Virus record (IMG/VR): IMGVR_UViG_3300014656_005142
DNA: 64,000 nucleotides
From: an uncultured virus (IMG/VR IMGVR_UViG_3300014656_005142)
Lineage: Duplodnaviria > Heunggongvirae > Uroviricota > Caudoviricetes
Strand: one strand, 5' to 3'
Shown: positions 9,901 through 19,475 of the stretch, one piece after another
Layout: each line of letters starts with the position of its first letter
Numbering within the stretch: position 1 is the first letter of the stretch
Notes under the pieces: model-generated
Database searches by the model: none
What the model was told of the DNA's origin: nothing
Seen by the model: only the letters and a program-made list of their open reading frames with translations
Position numbers and translations under genes: made by a program

Positions 9901-10323
9901 ATGGCTACACAATATCTTCAGAATATAAGTATTGCAGGATTAACATTAACTCTTAATCCTGATCAATATGAACAGAAGTTTAAGAAATATGGATCTTACA
10001 AGAGAACAATAGGGGGAGGAATAGTAGAAGTTGATGTAAATGGTTCTAAATTAATTATAGACATTAAAGGAATCACACAAGATCAAGTAGAAACTATTAA
10101 GAAATATTGTTCTCTTAATAAAATAATAGAGTTTATCGATTATGTTCCTATTGCAGAAAGAGATCAACAAACAAGAGAAGTTCAAGAAGATTTAGGTTCT
10201 GAAACAATAGATGGAGAGACTATCTATTTATATATTCCGAAATATTATATTATGATATTTGATTTTTCTACTAAATATGCTAATAATGTGATGGAATTTT
10301 CAATTTCTGCCGAAGAAGTTTAA
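9901..10323 (+). CDS. Putative distal-tail / tail structural protein
   Basis: LTLNPDQYEQ..YKRTIGG pattern; position in tail operon. Confidence 0.45.
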   Translation: MATQYLQNISIAGLTLTLNPDQYEQKFKKYGSYKRTIGGGIVEVDVNGSKLIIDIKGITQDQVETIKKYCSLNKIIEFIDYVPIAERDQQTREVQEDLGSETIDGETIYLYIPKYYIMIFDFSTKYANNVMEFSISAEEV

Positions 10324-10347
10324 TAAAAGTTAAAGGAGGATATAATC

Positions 10348-11334
10348 GTGGATTCAACAGATCTCGTTCTCATGAAAAGTGTAACTGTGAGTAATACGGC
10401 TGCTTCTAATGGGGGCAGAATGTCATATAACCAAGTGACAAGTAATATTTTAAACAACCTCTTTCCAAATGTCACGGAATCAGAGAGAACTGACGGAGTA
10501 ACTAGATATAGAAAATTCTTTTTCAGAAATAAGAATGCTTCTCTAGAAACTGCTGCTAATTCTAGAGTATGGATTTCTCAGAGATCTACTGGGGGAGATT
10601 ACTTTAGAATTAAAGCAGGAACAAATTCAGATGTTCAGACTGCTGCTGCGGGCTATACAAACTGGCTGGGAACTGGATATTTAACTTCCCCTTTAGCTAC
10701 AGATTCTACTACTATTACAGCTTTATTTGATACAGCCGACGGAGTTTATAATTCTTCCCTTATAAGGCTTACAGATAATAGTGGAGGAGAAGAATTCTTA
10801 ACTGTTAAATCTTCAGGGGGAGTTTCTTGGATTAGTAATACAGTTACGATAGTGACAACAACTCCAGCTAGAAGTACCTATCCTGCCAGTCAGAATTGTT
10901 TAGTTTCAGGAGTTGTGGATCTTAGTAACTTAGTCGCTTCTTCTGATTCTTGGGTAGAAACTTCAGTATCTGGAACTTATGATGAAACTACTTATCCTCT
11001 AGTTGTGAATAATGTAGGGACAGTAGAGGATACTTGGACTCTTACTTTTACTTCAGCTACTACATTTTCTGTAACAGGAACGAACATAGGTTCAGTGGGA
11101 AGTGGATCTAAAAGCTCTGACTTTTCTCCTGTGAATACTTCTGTGGGAACTGGAGATTATTATTTCACTTTAAGATCGAGCGGTTGGTCAGGGACATGGG
11201 CAACTTCTGAAACTATAACCTTCTCTACTCATCACTCCGCTGCTTCTTATTGGGTGAAAGAGATTGTTGGTGCTGGAACTGCTATTAGAACTTCTAACCA
11301 GATGAAGTTGAAAATGTATGCCGAGGGTTCATAA
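10348..11334 (+). CDS. Tail/baseplate structural protein (Ser/Thr-rich)
   Basis: SNGGRMS..NNLFPNVTESER.DG.TRYRKFF motif seen in phage tail proteins; GTG start with AGGAGG SD. Confidence 0.6.
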   Translation: MDSTDLVLMKSVTVSNTAASNGGRMSYNQVTSNILNNLFPNVTESERTDGVTRYRKFFFRNKNASLETAANSRVWISQRSTGGDYFRIKAGTNSDVQTAAAGYTNWLGTGYLTSPLATDSTTITALFDTADGVYNSSLIRLTDNSGGEEFLTVKSSGGVSWISNTVTIVTTTPARSTYPASQNCLVSGVVDLSNLVASSDSWVETSVSGTYDETTYPLVVNNVGTVEDTWTLTFTSATTFSVTGTNIGSVGSGSKSSDFSPVNTSVGTGDYYFTLRSSGWSGTWATSETITFSTHHSAASYWVKEIVGAGTAIRTSNQMKLKMYAEGS

Positions 11335-11514
11335 ATGTATTATGTAGAAAAAGATAAGAAGAAATTCTTCATAGAAGTGACAGAGTATGAATCTCTAATT
11401 TTCGGAATAGAGTTTGGATTCTATTTTGTAGTGTTTTATATATTGGTGTGGGGAATTAAAATAGGAATAGAAAAAGATATGAGTGAAGTTCATAAAAGGA
11501 GGAATTTAAAATGA
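11335..11514 (+). CDS. Small membrane protein (59 aa, not in ORF track), inserted mini-gene
   Basis: MYYVEKD...FGFYFVVFYILVWGI...; abuts upstream TAA and overlaps downstream start (ATGA). Confidence 0.6.
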   Translation: MYYVEKDKKKFFIEVTEYESLIFGIEFGFYFVVFYILVWGIKIGIEKDMSEVHKRRNLK

Positions 11515-12152
11515 CTTGCCCGAATATAACAATTCTCTGGAATTCTACTAATGTAGATTCTCCTAACGAAGCAGGGCCAGGAGGAACTCCGGGAACTTGG
11601 AACGTATTCGATACTGTTAATGACCAAATGAGTTTCCTTGGCAGTGGGACAGTTGATCAAGATCCTACTTCCTCCAAAGACGTTTTTGTTATTCCAGAAT
11701 CAGGATCTCAGGAAGTTCCTAAACAGTTTATTAAAGACTATTCTGAGAGCAAATGGGATAGAGTATGGCTAGCTGGATCTAATGCAAATAGTGGAGGAGG
11801 AGGAAATTATAAATTTGCTTATGGTGCTTATATAGATGGAACGAGCGCAAGTGTTCCTCAACTCATGTGCTTCGACAGCACTACTCATACTACATATGAC
11901 TTAGAAGTTTTAGGTTCTGGAACTCCTGCAAATTCCATGATTCGAGCAGTTTCCACTAGATACGCTGCTCCTGGAGATTCTTGGGCTGGAACTCCTTTAG
12001 CTGGAAGTGGAGGATCTAATATAGTTGCTCTGGATACAACTGCAATCACTGCTCCTCAGATGCTGTATTGGAATATGAGGATGTTAGTTCCCAGTTCAGC
12101 TAATCCTTTTGCAGCAAATCCAATCCTCTGCATCTACATGACATATTCCTAA
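11511..12152 (+). CDS. Virion structural protein
   Basis: Gly/Ser/Thr/Pro-rich beta protein, strong AGGAGG SD, in tail module. Confidence 0.55.
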   Translation: MTCPNITILWNSTNVDSPNEAGPGGTPGTWNVFDTVNDQMSFLGSGTVDQDPTSSKDVFVIPESGSQEVPKQFIKDYSESKWDRVWLAGSNANSGGGGNYKFAYGAYIDGTSASVPQLMCFDSTTHTTYDLEVLGSGTPANSMIRAVSTRYAAPGDSWAGTPLAGSGGSNIVALDTTAITAPQMLYWNMRMLVPSSANPFAANPILCIYMTYS

Positions 12153-12218
12153 TTAGGAGTGCATTTTGGGATTTTTGCTTAATTAAGTTAATAATGGTTA
12201 ACTCATATCTGAAAGGGG

Positions 12219-12623
12219 ATGACAATGTATGATCAGATTTTTAAAGTCACTTTCATAGATAAAGAGGAATTCATAGGAGGAACATTAGAAGCTCCTAAGT
12301 GGAATAAGTGTCCAGATAAAGGAATTTTTTCTTTAGAAACTAATCTTCCATTTGCAGATAAGATTACTCTTTCTGGATATTATAAATATAATTTTTTCAT
12401 AGGAGCTATAAAAACTCTCAATAATGGAATAACAACTATCAGCCATATGTTTGTTTTAGGATGTAATGAAAAGAATATGGTCACTTCATATAGAATAACT
12501 CTTGTAGGAGGAAATACTAGCAAGTATAAAATTGGAGATATAACTGTTAGACAGTTTCCTTTTGGGCAAGAAGGAATGGGAAAAACAGCTACTTCTGGAT
12601 GGAGAAAAGGAATAGAAGGATAA
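12219..12623 (+). CDS. Hypothetical protein (tail module)
   Basis: ORF track; GGGG SD-like sequence. Confidence 0.6.
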   Translation: MTMYDQIFKVTFIDKEEFIGGTLEAPKWNKCPDKGIFSLETNLPFADKITLSGYYKYNFFIGAIKTLNNGITTISHMFVLGCNEKNMVTSYRITLVGGNTSKYKIGDITVRQFPFGQEGMGKTATSGWRKGIEG

Positions 12624-12627
12624 TAAG

Positions 12628-13788
12628 ATGTCAGGAAATGATTCCAATGCGATAGTTCTCTTACATTCTAATACAACAGATGGAAGTGTAGTTTTTACTG
12701 ATTCCGCTGTAGGGGGGCATTCTCCTCATGCATTTACTGCTTATGGCAGTGTTCATCATGAAACAGATCAGCAAGAGTTTGGAACTTCGTCAATACAATT
12801 TAATGGAACAACTGATTATCTGACATTGCCTGATGATACTGATTGGGACTGGGGAACAGGCGATTTCACAATGGATTGTTGGGTAAGGTTAGATTCCATT
12901 CCAAGTGCTGGAAGAATGGCAGCGAGAGGAGATGTAGAAGTTGGGGATGGAGATTGGTGTTGGGGGGTAGGTACTACATGGGGAGGAGGAACAAAATTTA
13001 ATTTTGCTGATAGAATTGCTGGGGGCATTACAAATCATTTAAGTGATGCTCTAACTTTCAATACGAATACTTGGTATCATGTAGCAATCGTTAGAAATTC
13101 TGGAACTATTACTTTCTATTTAGATGGAGTTGCAGTTGGAACATCTTCTTGTGCTCATGATCTATCGGCAAGCACAATATTATATATAGGTTGTAGAAAG
13201 AAACCCGCTGGCCCTGGGGAATTTTTACCAGGATATATGGATGAACTTAGAATTTCTAATATAGCAAGATGGACATCTAATTTTACTCGTCCGATAGAAG
13301 CGTATTCTGAACTAATATATGAACATCTTGCTGATCTATATTTAGATACCACAACTTATAAAATTCATAGGGGAGAATTATATCTAGATACAGAAATTGC
13401 AGAAAGAATTTATGAACATAGGGCAGATGTTTATTTAGATCTAGAGACATATAAGCCTCACAGTGCTAATGCCCTTTTAGATACTCAAATAAGTAGATTT
13501 TTAAGACAATCTATTAAATTAGATACTGAAATAACTACCATTAGCAATCTTTCAGGGTATATAAGAGATTGGAGAGGAGAAATTGTCAAGAAAAAATGCA
13601 CAATAATTATTTCTTCTTTAGATGGATCTGTTGTTTATGGCCAGACAGAATCTAATGCTTCTACCGGATATTATAGTACTGATATAAAAGCCGCTTCAGG
13701 GACTTCAGTTTTTATAACTTGTTTTTATGAAGGAATTTTCAGGAGTCAAACTAATCTAGCAGGAAGTTTAATAGAGGCTACGGTTTAA
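12628..13788 (+). CDS. LamG/concanavalin A-like domain tail fibre or receptor-binding protein
   Basis: SIQFNGTTDYL, GDFTMDCWV, WYHVAIVR, FYLDGV, GYMDELRIS = LamG; followed by HxxxxYLDT repeats and a C-terminal beta-sandwich. Confidence 0.85.
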   Translation: MSGNDSNAIVLLHSNTTDGSVVFTDSAVGGHSPHAFTAYGSVHHETDQQEFGTSSIQFNGTTDYLTLPDDTDWDWGTGDFTMDCWVRLDSIPSAGRMAARGDVEVGDGDWCWGVGTTWGGGTKFNFADRIAGGITNHLSDALTFNTNTWYHVAIVRNSGTITFYLDGVAVGTSSCAHDLSASTILYIGCRKKPAGPGEFLPGYMDELRISNIARWTSNFTRPIEAYSELIYEHLADLYLDTTTYKIHRGELYLDTEIAERIYEHRADVYLDLETYKPHSANALLDTQISRFLRQSIKLDTEITTISNLSGYIRDWRGEIVKKKCTIIISSLDGSVVYGQTESNASTGYYSTDIKAASGTSVFITCFYEGIFRSQTNLAGSLIEATV

Positions 13789-13789
13789 T

Positions 13790-14347
13790 ATGGCTATTAT
13801 TCTTCAACAATCTAGTTATAATGCAGATGAAGAATTTGGAAGATCTCCGAATGAAACAGCTAGTCAATCTCTCTATTTTGACAGGCCCTTTATTTTAAAT
13901 TCTGTTACAGTTAGATTTGATTCTACCAGTATAGATATTGTTAACGATATAGAGTTTAAGTGTGAAGTTAGAACTGCCATTGGAGATGATCATCTTTTAG
14001 ATATAAGAGAATCTGTTGTTGATGAATCTCCTTGGTATAATGACGAAGATGTTCCTCCAGGAGAATTCACTTTTGTTCTTAACAGTCTATCTTTTGATTC
14101 TGGATTTTACTGGTTTACTATAAAGTCTAATCAAATAATTAATACTGAATTTTTAATAGCCACATATGAAGAATCAGGTGGAGAGTTTTTGGGAAGATTT
14201 ATTAAGATTAAAAGTGGAACGGGATTCTATAGAGGCGATACAAGTTTGATGATAAAGATTGATGGAACTTGGGGAACTTCTGTTGGAAAGTACGAAACAA
14301 GAATTCATAATGAATATACAAGCACGACAATTAGGGATGAATCTTAA
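13790..14347 (+). CDS. Tail-associated hypothetical protein
   Basis: ORF tightly coupled in tail operon. Confidence 0.55.
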   Translation: MAIILQQSSYNADEEFGRSPNETASQSLYFDRPFILNSVTVRFDSTSIDIVNDIEFKCEVRTAIGDDHLLDIRESVVDESPWYNDEDVPPGEFTFVLNSLSFDSGFYWFTIKSNQIINTEFLIATYEESGGEFLGRFIKIKSGTGFYRGDTSLMIKIDGTWGTSVGKYETRIHNEYTSTTIRDES

Positions 14348-15276
14348 TGGCTTCAGATCATATTATTGAAGATTGGGATTTTTGGTGTTATTATAAGAAA
14401 GTTCTTAGGAATAGAATTAATAACGCTGAGACTCTTATTGAAACTGGAAAATATCTTCATTCCAATTCTGGAATTTTAAGATTCGGAACAAAGTCTGCTA
14501 TGCAAAGTTCTACTGAAGAAATAAGGGATTATTATCTTGTAGTTTTTAAACCTAATATAGGAAGACTTCCTCAACAAGATTATCCTTCTTCAGCTAAATT
14601 GTCTATTATTCTTTCGACAGTTGTTTTAAATGTAGGAAACTCTTCTATAGTGGGAAAAATAAAATGCTGGTATCATCCTAATGGAAGATTCTGGACTTCT
14701 AGTGATAATGTTGGATTTAATAATATAAACGAATATTTTGTTCCTTCTGATATTCTAACTACTGATTATGATTCTTCTATATATGAAAAGTCTGAAACTA
14801 TTGGAACAAATAATTTAACTGTCGAATTTGATGAAATAGAACAAATCTTCTGGAAATTTATGAGAGGGAAAACTACAGGATTTACTTTAAGTGCCACAGG
14901 GGGATATTGCGATATTTATGGCTCTGAGTACAATCCCTACACTCTCAGACCCCAGTTTACAATAGGCCAGACTGTTTCTTCAAAGATGCATAGTAACTTA
15001 GTTATAGATTCTGAAATAAAAGCTCTATCTAGAATTAAAGGAACTTGTAAAGATAGAAATGGAAATGCTCTAACTGGAATTCAATGTAGGATAACAGCTT
15101 TTGATCCAGATGAATATAAAATTATAGGAACTGGATTATCTTCTGCTGCTGATGGAACTTTTCTTATAGATATAGATTACAGGGTGGGAGATAATATTAT
15201 TGTCAGTTTTGTCAATGAAGTTCAGTCTATTTCAGGTTCTGAAATCATGAAAACTGTTTCTTATAATACGGTCTAA
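14347..15276 (+). CDS. Tail-associated protein; C-terminal domain paralogous to 12628..13788
   Basis: IDSEIKALSRIKGTCKDRNG..C aligns with LDTEITTISNLSGYIRDWRG..C; TAATG coupling. Confidence 0.55.
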   Translation: MASDHIIEDWDFWCYYKKVLRNRINNAETLIETGKYLHSNSGILRFGTKSAMQSSTEEIRDYYLVVFKPNIGRLPQQDYPSSAKLSIILSTVVLNVGNSSIVGKIKCWYHPNGRFWTSSDNVGFNNINEYFVPSDILTTDYDSSIYEKSETIGTNNLTVEFDEIEQIFWKFMRGKTTGFTLSATGGYCDIYGSEYNPYTLRPQFTIGQTVSSKMHSNLVIDSEIKALSRIKGTCKDRNGNALTGIQCRITAFDPDEYKIIGTGLSSAADGTFLIDIDYRVGDNIIVSFVNEVQSISGSEIMKTVSYNTV

Positions 15277-15280
15277 ATAA

Positions 15281-16903
15281 ATGGGAACAATAATAATTAG
15301 AAAACCTTATGGTTATCTTGAAGAAAGACTTTATCCCCATGGGTGGAAAAGTTTTCCCATTGATATTATTTCTCTTAATCGAATAGAACTTACTAAAGAA
15401 ATAATTTCTATTAATAAAATGATGGGAGAGATAACTAATGAAATTATTTCCATTAATGATATAACTAATGCTATTTTTGTTGAAATTGTTTCTATTAATT
15501 CTATAGAACTTTCTAAAGAAATTATATCTTTAAATGTTTTAGGAAGTTCTGTAACTCTCGAAATCACTTCTGTTAATTCTCTAGCGGCAGAAACTACTAT
15601 TGATATAATTGGAGTTAATGATCTCTTATCTTTTAATGGCCCTTATACTAAAGAAATAATTTCCTCTAACAGGATAGGCCATAGTACATTAACTTCTTTT
15701 TCATATACAGTAAAAATATATTTAGATGATACTGATATTTCTAATTATGTAGTTGAATGGAAAATTGAAATTTCTGAAGAGAGTTATGTCAATACAATGA
15801 GTATGATTTTTGCAGATAAAAATTTCTTTACTCAATGTGATCCCACGATTAATATTGGGGATAAAAGAATTAGAATTAAAATAAATAATTTAAATCAGGA
15901 ATTCTTGTTAGAAAGAAGATCTTTAAATAGAGGAGATTCAGAAGGTTATTTTGAAATATGGGGAAGATCTTATATTGCAACTCTAGATACTCCTTATACT
16001 ACTCCAATTTTTGATAAAGAAGTCGAAAGAGATCCTGATACAGGGGATTGGTATTGTCCTGAAGATGACACATATGTTCCTAATATATGGCAAACTTCTG
16101 ATAGAATGGCAAGTGAAGTTATTGAAGATGTTATAGGTTCTGAATTTACTTTGGATATGCAGATAGATGATTTTGTTGTCAGAAGAGATACAATTAATGC
16201 TTCTGGGGAAAGTCCTATAGAAATAGTAAATAAATTAATTAGGGTGGTTGGAGCAAGAATTAGAACTGATGTTGATGATAATGTTATTATTAAATATTGG
16301 AAGTTTGATATAACTGGAACAGTTCAGGCAACCTTTACAGATCTTGAAAATATTCTTATGTTGGATGAGAAGTTAGAATTTCCTGAAGGATATAACAAAG
16401 TATTAGTACAAGGATGTGATGATGTGGCTGAAAGTGATATAGGGTTTGATATAGAGCTCGATAGTGATCTTAATGAAGAACAGACAACCTTTTTATATGG
16501 AATGTATATTTGGGTCAGAGTATATCGGTCTCCGTTTTCTACAGACTATTCTATAAGTTCTTCGCTTGGTAGTATAATTTTAGATAGTGAAAATGTTTTA
16601 GAAATTATTACAAGGGAACAGTCAGGATTTTCAGACCAGACTCTTAAACCAAATAAGCCTATAAATTCAGTAACTTCTATAGAGAAATATGATTATACAA
16701 TAATAGATTCGGGAGATTATTCTTATTCAGTTGGATATAAAACCATAAGTGATCTTACAGGTAATCTTGAAAATGTCCCTGTGGTCATAAGTTATACTTC
16801 CAAATATGATCTCTATAAATTAATAGTTAGCGAAACTGCTGCTCCTTCAGGAACAATAAGTTTTGAAGAAGTTATTTCCAGAATAACAGTAGAGAAAAAT
16901 TAA
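15281..16903 (+). CDS. Tail tip / baseplate hub-like protein
   Basis: N-terminal EIISxN repeats; KIYLDDTDIS, FEIWGRS, SPIEIVNKL, YNKVLVQG typical of hub proteins. Confidence 0.6.
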   Translation: MGTIIIRKPYGYLEERLYPHGWKSFPIDIISLNRIELTKEIISINKMMGEITNEIISINDITNAIFVEIVSINSIELSKEIISLNVLGSSVTLEITSVNSLAAETTIDIIGVNDLLSFNGPYTKEIISSNRIGHSTLTSFSYTVKIYLDDTDISNYVVEWKIEISEESYVNTMSMIFADKNFFTQCDPTINIGDKRIRIKINNLNQEFLLERRSLNRGDSEGYFEIWGRSYIATLDTPYTTPIFDKEVERDPDTGDWYCPEDDTYVPNIWQTSDRMASEVIEDVIGSEFTLDMQIDDFVVRRDTINASGESPIEIVNKLIRVVGARIRTDVDDNVIIKYWKFDITGTVQATFTDLENILMLDEKLEFPEGYNKVLVQGCDDVAESDIGFDIELDSDLNEEQTTFLYGMYIWVRVYRSPFSTDYSISSSLGSIILDSENVLEIITREQSGFSDQTLKPNKPINSVTSIEKYDYTIIDSGDYSYSVGYKTISDLTGNLENVPVVISYTSKYDLYKLIVSETAAPSGTISFEEVISRITVEKN

Positions 16904-16905
16904 TC

Positions 16906-17409
16906 ATGGCAACAGAAGTTAGAAAATATTTAGATATTACTGTTGTGTCTTCTTATGATGATGAAGATAATATATCTGCTGAAATTGTATCTGAAGATAA
17001 TGACAATAATCAATGTTATGTTCCAGATACAGATTATTACATAAGGCTTTATAAGTCTAGAGATGATATTTTAATTTCAGCAAAGATAAATTTTGGAGAA
17101 GTTGTTCAGTATTCTGTTGATAATATAAAAACTGTTGCTTCTGAATTTGTTATTTTTTCTGGAGCGTTTACTACTCAGTCTGAAAATATAATATGGGGAA
17201 ATTTTAATTATTCCAAAGAAGGAATAGTTTATAATATAGATCATACTGAATATTCTTCAGGACTTTCTTATACTCAGGGATCTAGTATGATCAGAGCTGT
17301 TAAGAAAATATTTGGAATATATGAAATTTCTTACTATTCTAAATATATTTTATATAGATTTAGAGTCAATAGAACAGGGCATATTATTATATCGTTTGTT
17401 GGAGAATAA
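16906..17409 (+). CDS. Tail tip protein, paralog of the 18171 N-terminus
   Basis: EDN...CY....YYIRLYK shared with 18171..19475. Confidence 0.55.
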   Translation: MATEVRKYLDITVVSSYDDEDNISAEIVSEDNDNNQCYVPDTDYYIRLYKSRDDILISAKINFGEVVQYSVDNIKTVASEFVIFSGAFTTQSENIIWGNFNYSKEGIVYNIDHTEYSSGLSYTQGSSMIRAVKKIFGIYEISYYSKYILYRFRVNRTGHIIISFVGE

Positions 17410-17575
17410 GAAATGATAGATAGCCCACCAACCAGAGAACACCTCATGGAACGATGGGACGAGTGGCGTAAATATATTGCCGAAGGCGGTAAAGCTTCAT
17501 GGCCCAGGGATGAATTTGAACGATTATTGGATTATCTTTATGAGTTGATAGAAGAAAGTGAGAATAAGAAATGAT
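17402..17575. repeat. 16-bp direct repeat GAGAATAAGAAATGAT (17402-17417 and 17560-17575)
   Basis: Exact match seen in sequence. Confidence 0.9.
17413..17574 (+). CDS. Small hypothetical protein (53 aa, not in ORF track), inserted mini-gene
   Basis: MIDSPPTREHLMERWDEWRKYIAEGG...; higher GC than flanks; flanked by a 16-bp direct repeat. Confidence 0.65.
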   Translation: MIDSPPTREHLMERWDEWRKYIAEGGKASWPRDEFERLLDYLYELIEESENKK

Positions 17576-17897
17576 TGAAATTATATGTGTAAAAGGAGCT
17601 GGAGATAAAGAAATGGATACTATTAAAGATAATCTCTTAACTTCAGAAGAAATGGCTATTAGAAGAGGAACATATGAAATCTATAAACAATGGTATTTAG
17701 TTCATAACCAGACTATCCAGACTCCCTTTAAATTTTCGGATTCTGGATATTTTTTAGAAGATGATGATATAGTGGAAATTTCTGATGCTCTATTTGGAAT
17801 AAGTGGAAATAGAAAGATAAATAAAGTTTCTATTTCGGGAAACACTTCAGATGTATCTATGCAATTAGATATTTCTAAATATGTGGAGTTTATATAA
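17571..17897 (+). CDS. Tail tip protein (hub C-terminal-like)
   Basis: GAGDKEMDTIKDNLLTSEEMAIRRG...DDIVEISD pattern; tail module. Confidence 0.55.
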   Translation: MIEIICVKGAGDKEMDTIKDNLLTSEEMAIRRGTYEIYKQWYLVHNQTIQTPFKFSDSGYFLEDDDIVEISDALFGISGNRKINKVSISGNTSDVSMQLDISKYVEFI

Positions 17898-17898
17898 T

Positions 17899-18174
17899 AT
17901 GAAGAGAAAAGGAGTTAAAATAATAGTTGGCATAGAATCTCCTAAAGTTAGATATGTAGATGCAGTTATAACTAAAGTTCTAGAGAATGCCTATAATATA
18001 AAATTATCTAATGGAAAAATCTATAATGGTGTTCAGAATGTATCTAATGTCCAGTTTACATCTGGAGATTATGTGGCTACTCTTTTTTATGATGATGAAA
18101 ATACAGATTGTAGAATTGTGGGGAGAGGTAAAAAAGTCACTTCAAGTGGAAATATTAAGATGGTGAGAGTATGA
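17899..18174 (+). CDS. Small OB-fold-like tail tip/spike protein
   Basis: Likely start ATG 17899 just after upstream stop; AVITKV..YNIKL..FTSGDYV pattern. Confidence 0.45.
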   Translation: MKRKGVKIIVGIESPKVRYVDAVITKVLENAYNIKLSNGKIYNGVQNVSNVQFTSGDYVATLFYDDENTDCRIVGRGKKVTSSGNIKMVRV

Positions 18175-19475
18175 CAGTATTTACAAGTTCTAATCTTCAG
18201 ATATTAAAGAGTTGTTCAGAGAAAGATTGTTCTCTGAATTGGGATATTATTGCTGAAGATAATAAAAGTCCTGAGTGTTATCTTTTAGGAACTGCTTATT
18301 TTATTAGATTATATAAGATTCCTACTGATCTTGATGTAACGGTGTTTTCCACTAATGGAAGTGTTATTTTAGATTCTTCTGTAGATGAAAGCATAATAGA
18401 TGAATATGTCATCTTCACAGGAGAACAGATTGGAAATTTATCTAAGCCTTACTATTCTTCTTTTTCCTATACTCTAATTGGAAATGCTTATAAATCTGAC
18501 GGAACTGTTATTTCTAACATAACTTTTACAATTACTCCTGGAACAAAAGAAATTAAAGCGAGTACTCCTTGTTATGCAGTCATATTAGTTAATTACATTT
18601 CTACTTATAAAAAATATAGATTCAGCGGATCTTCTCTAGGGAATCTTCTAATAGTAGCTACAGCTACTTGTGAAAATGAAAATCAAGTATCTTCTACTGA
18701 AACTGTTCTTATTAAATCTGGATGTGCTGGAGAATGTTTATCTGTTCTTATAGATATTGATACTTCTAGTGACACAGGGGCAGCTTATGATGCTCAGGGA
18801 AGTAAGCTGTTTTTAGTCTATGGGGTGGGTAAAGAAGATATATGTGTTGCGGCTACAAGAGGATCAGTTTCTTTTTTAGATTCTTATGAAGAACAGATAG
18901 AAGAAGAAATAACTGGAACAAAAAGTTCTTTTAGTGCGACTAAATATGTTTATAGCATTATTGAGCAGATTCCTATTGGAAAAAGTAATGTTAGTTCTCT
19001 ATATATAGAAAATGGAAATCTAAAGATGAGTACAAATCCTGGAGATTTGGAAATAGAGTGTATTCCTCCAGGATGTGGTTCTATAAAGATAAAATATCTA
19101 ACAAAATGTCTGAGATATCTTGTAACTTCTTCTGAACCTGGGAATGGGATTTTTGTTGTTAAAGATTTGAATTATGACGAGACTTCTGATTGTGATCAAT
19201 ATTTCTTTTCCACATATTCTATTGGAACTGAAGCTGGGATCCAAATATATGATATTACTCTAATATATAAAGATTTTGTTACAGGAGAAACCCTATCTGA
19301 TGCTCAGGTTTGGGTTGATAATGTGTATAGAGGAACTACAGATATTAATGGAGAAATCTTAGTGAAAGGACTTTCTGCGGATATTCAACATTCTGCTAAA
19401 GCTTCCAAGATTGGATATCTTACTACAGATTCTGATAGTTTAGCTAATGATAATTTCATAATAAGGTCTAAGTAA
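18171..19475 (+). CDS. Tail tip structural protein with C-terminal PEGA-like domain
   Basis: AQVWVDNVYRGTTD..G..KIGY; Cys-rich; ATGA coupling. Confidence 0.55.
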   Translation: MTVFTSSNLQILKSCSEKDCSLNWDIIAEDNKSPECYLLGTAYFIRLYKIPTDLDVTVFSTNGSVILDSSVDESIIDEYVIFTGEQIGNLSKPYYSSFSYTLIGNAYKSDGTVISNITFTITPGTKEIKASTPCYAVILVNYISTYKKYRFSGSSLGNLLIVATATCENENQVSSTETVLIKSGCAGECLSVLIDIDTSSDTGAAYDAQGSKLFLVYGVGKEDICVAATRGSVSFLDSYEEQIEEEITGTKSSFSATKYVYSIIEQIPIGKSNVSSLYIENGNLKMSTNPGDLEIECIPPGCGSIKIKYLTKCLRYLVTSSEPGNGIFVVKDLNYDETSDCDQYFFSTYSIGTEAGIQIYDITLIYKDFVTGETLSDAQVWVDNVYRGTTDINGEILVKGLSADIQHSAKASKIGYLTTDSDSLANDNFIIRSK

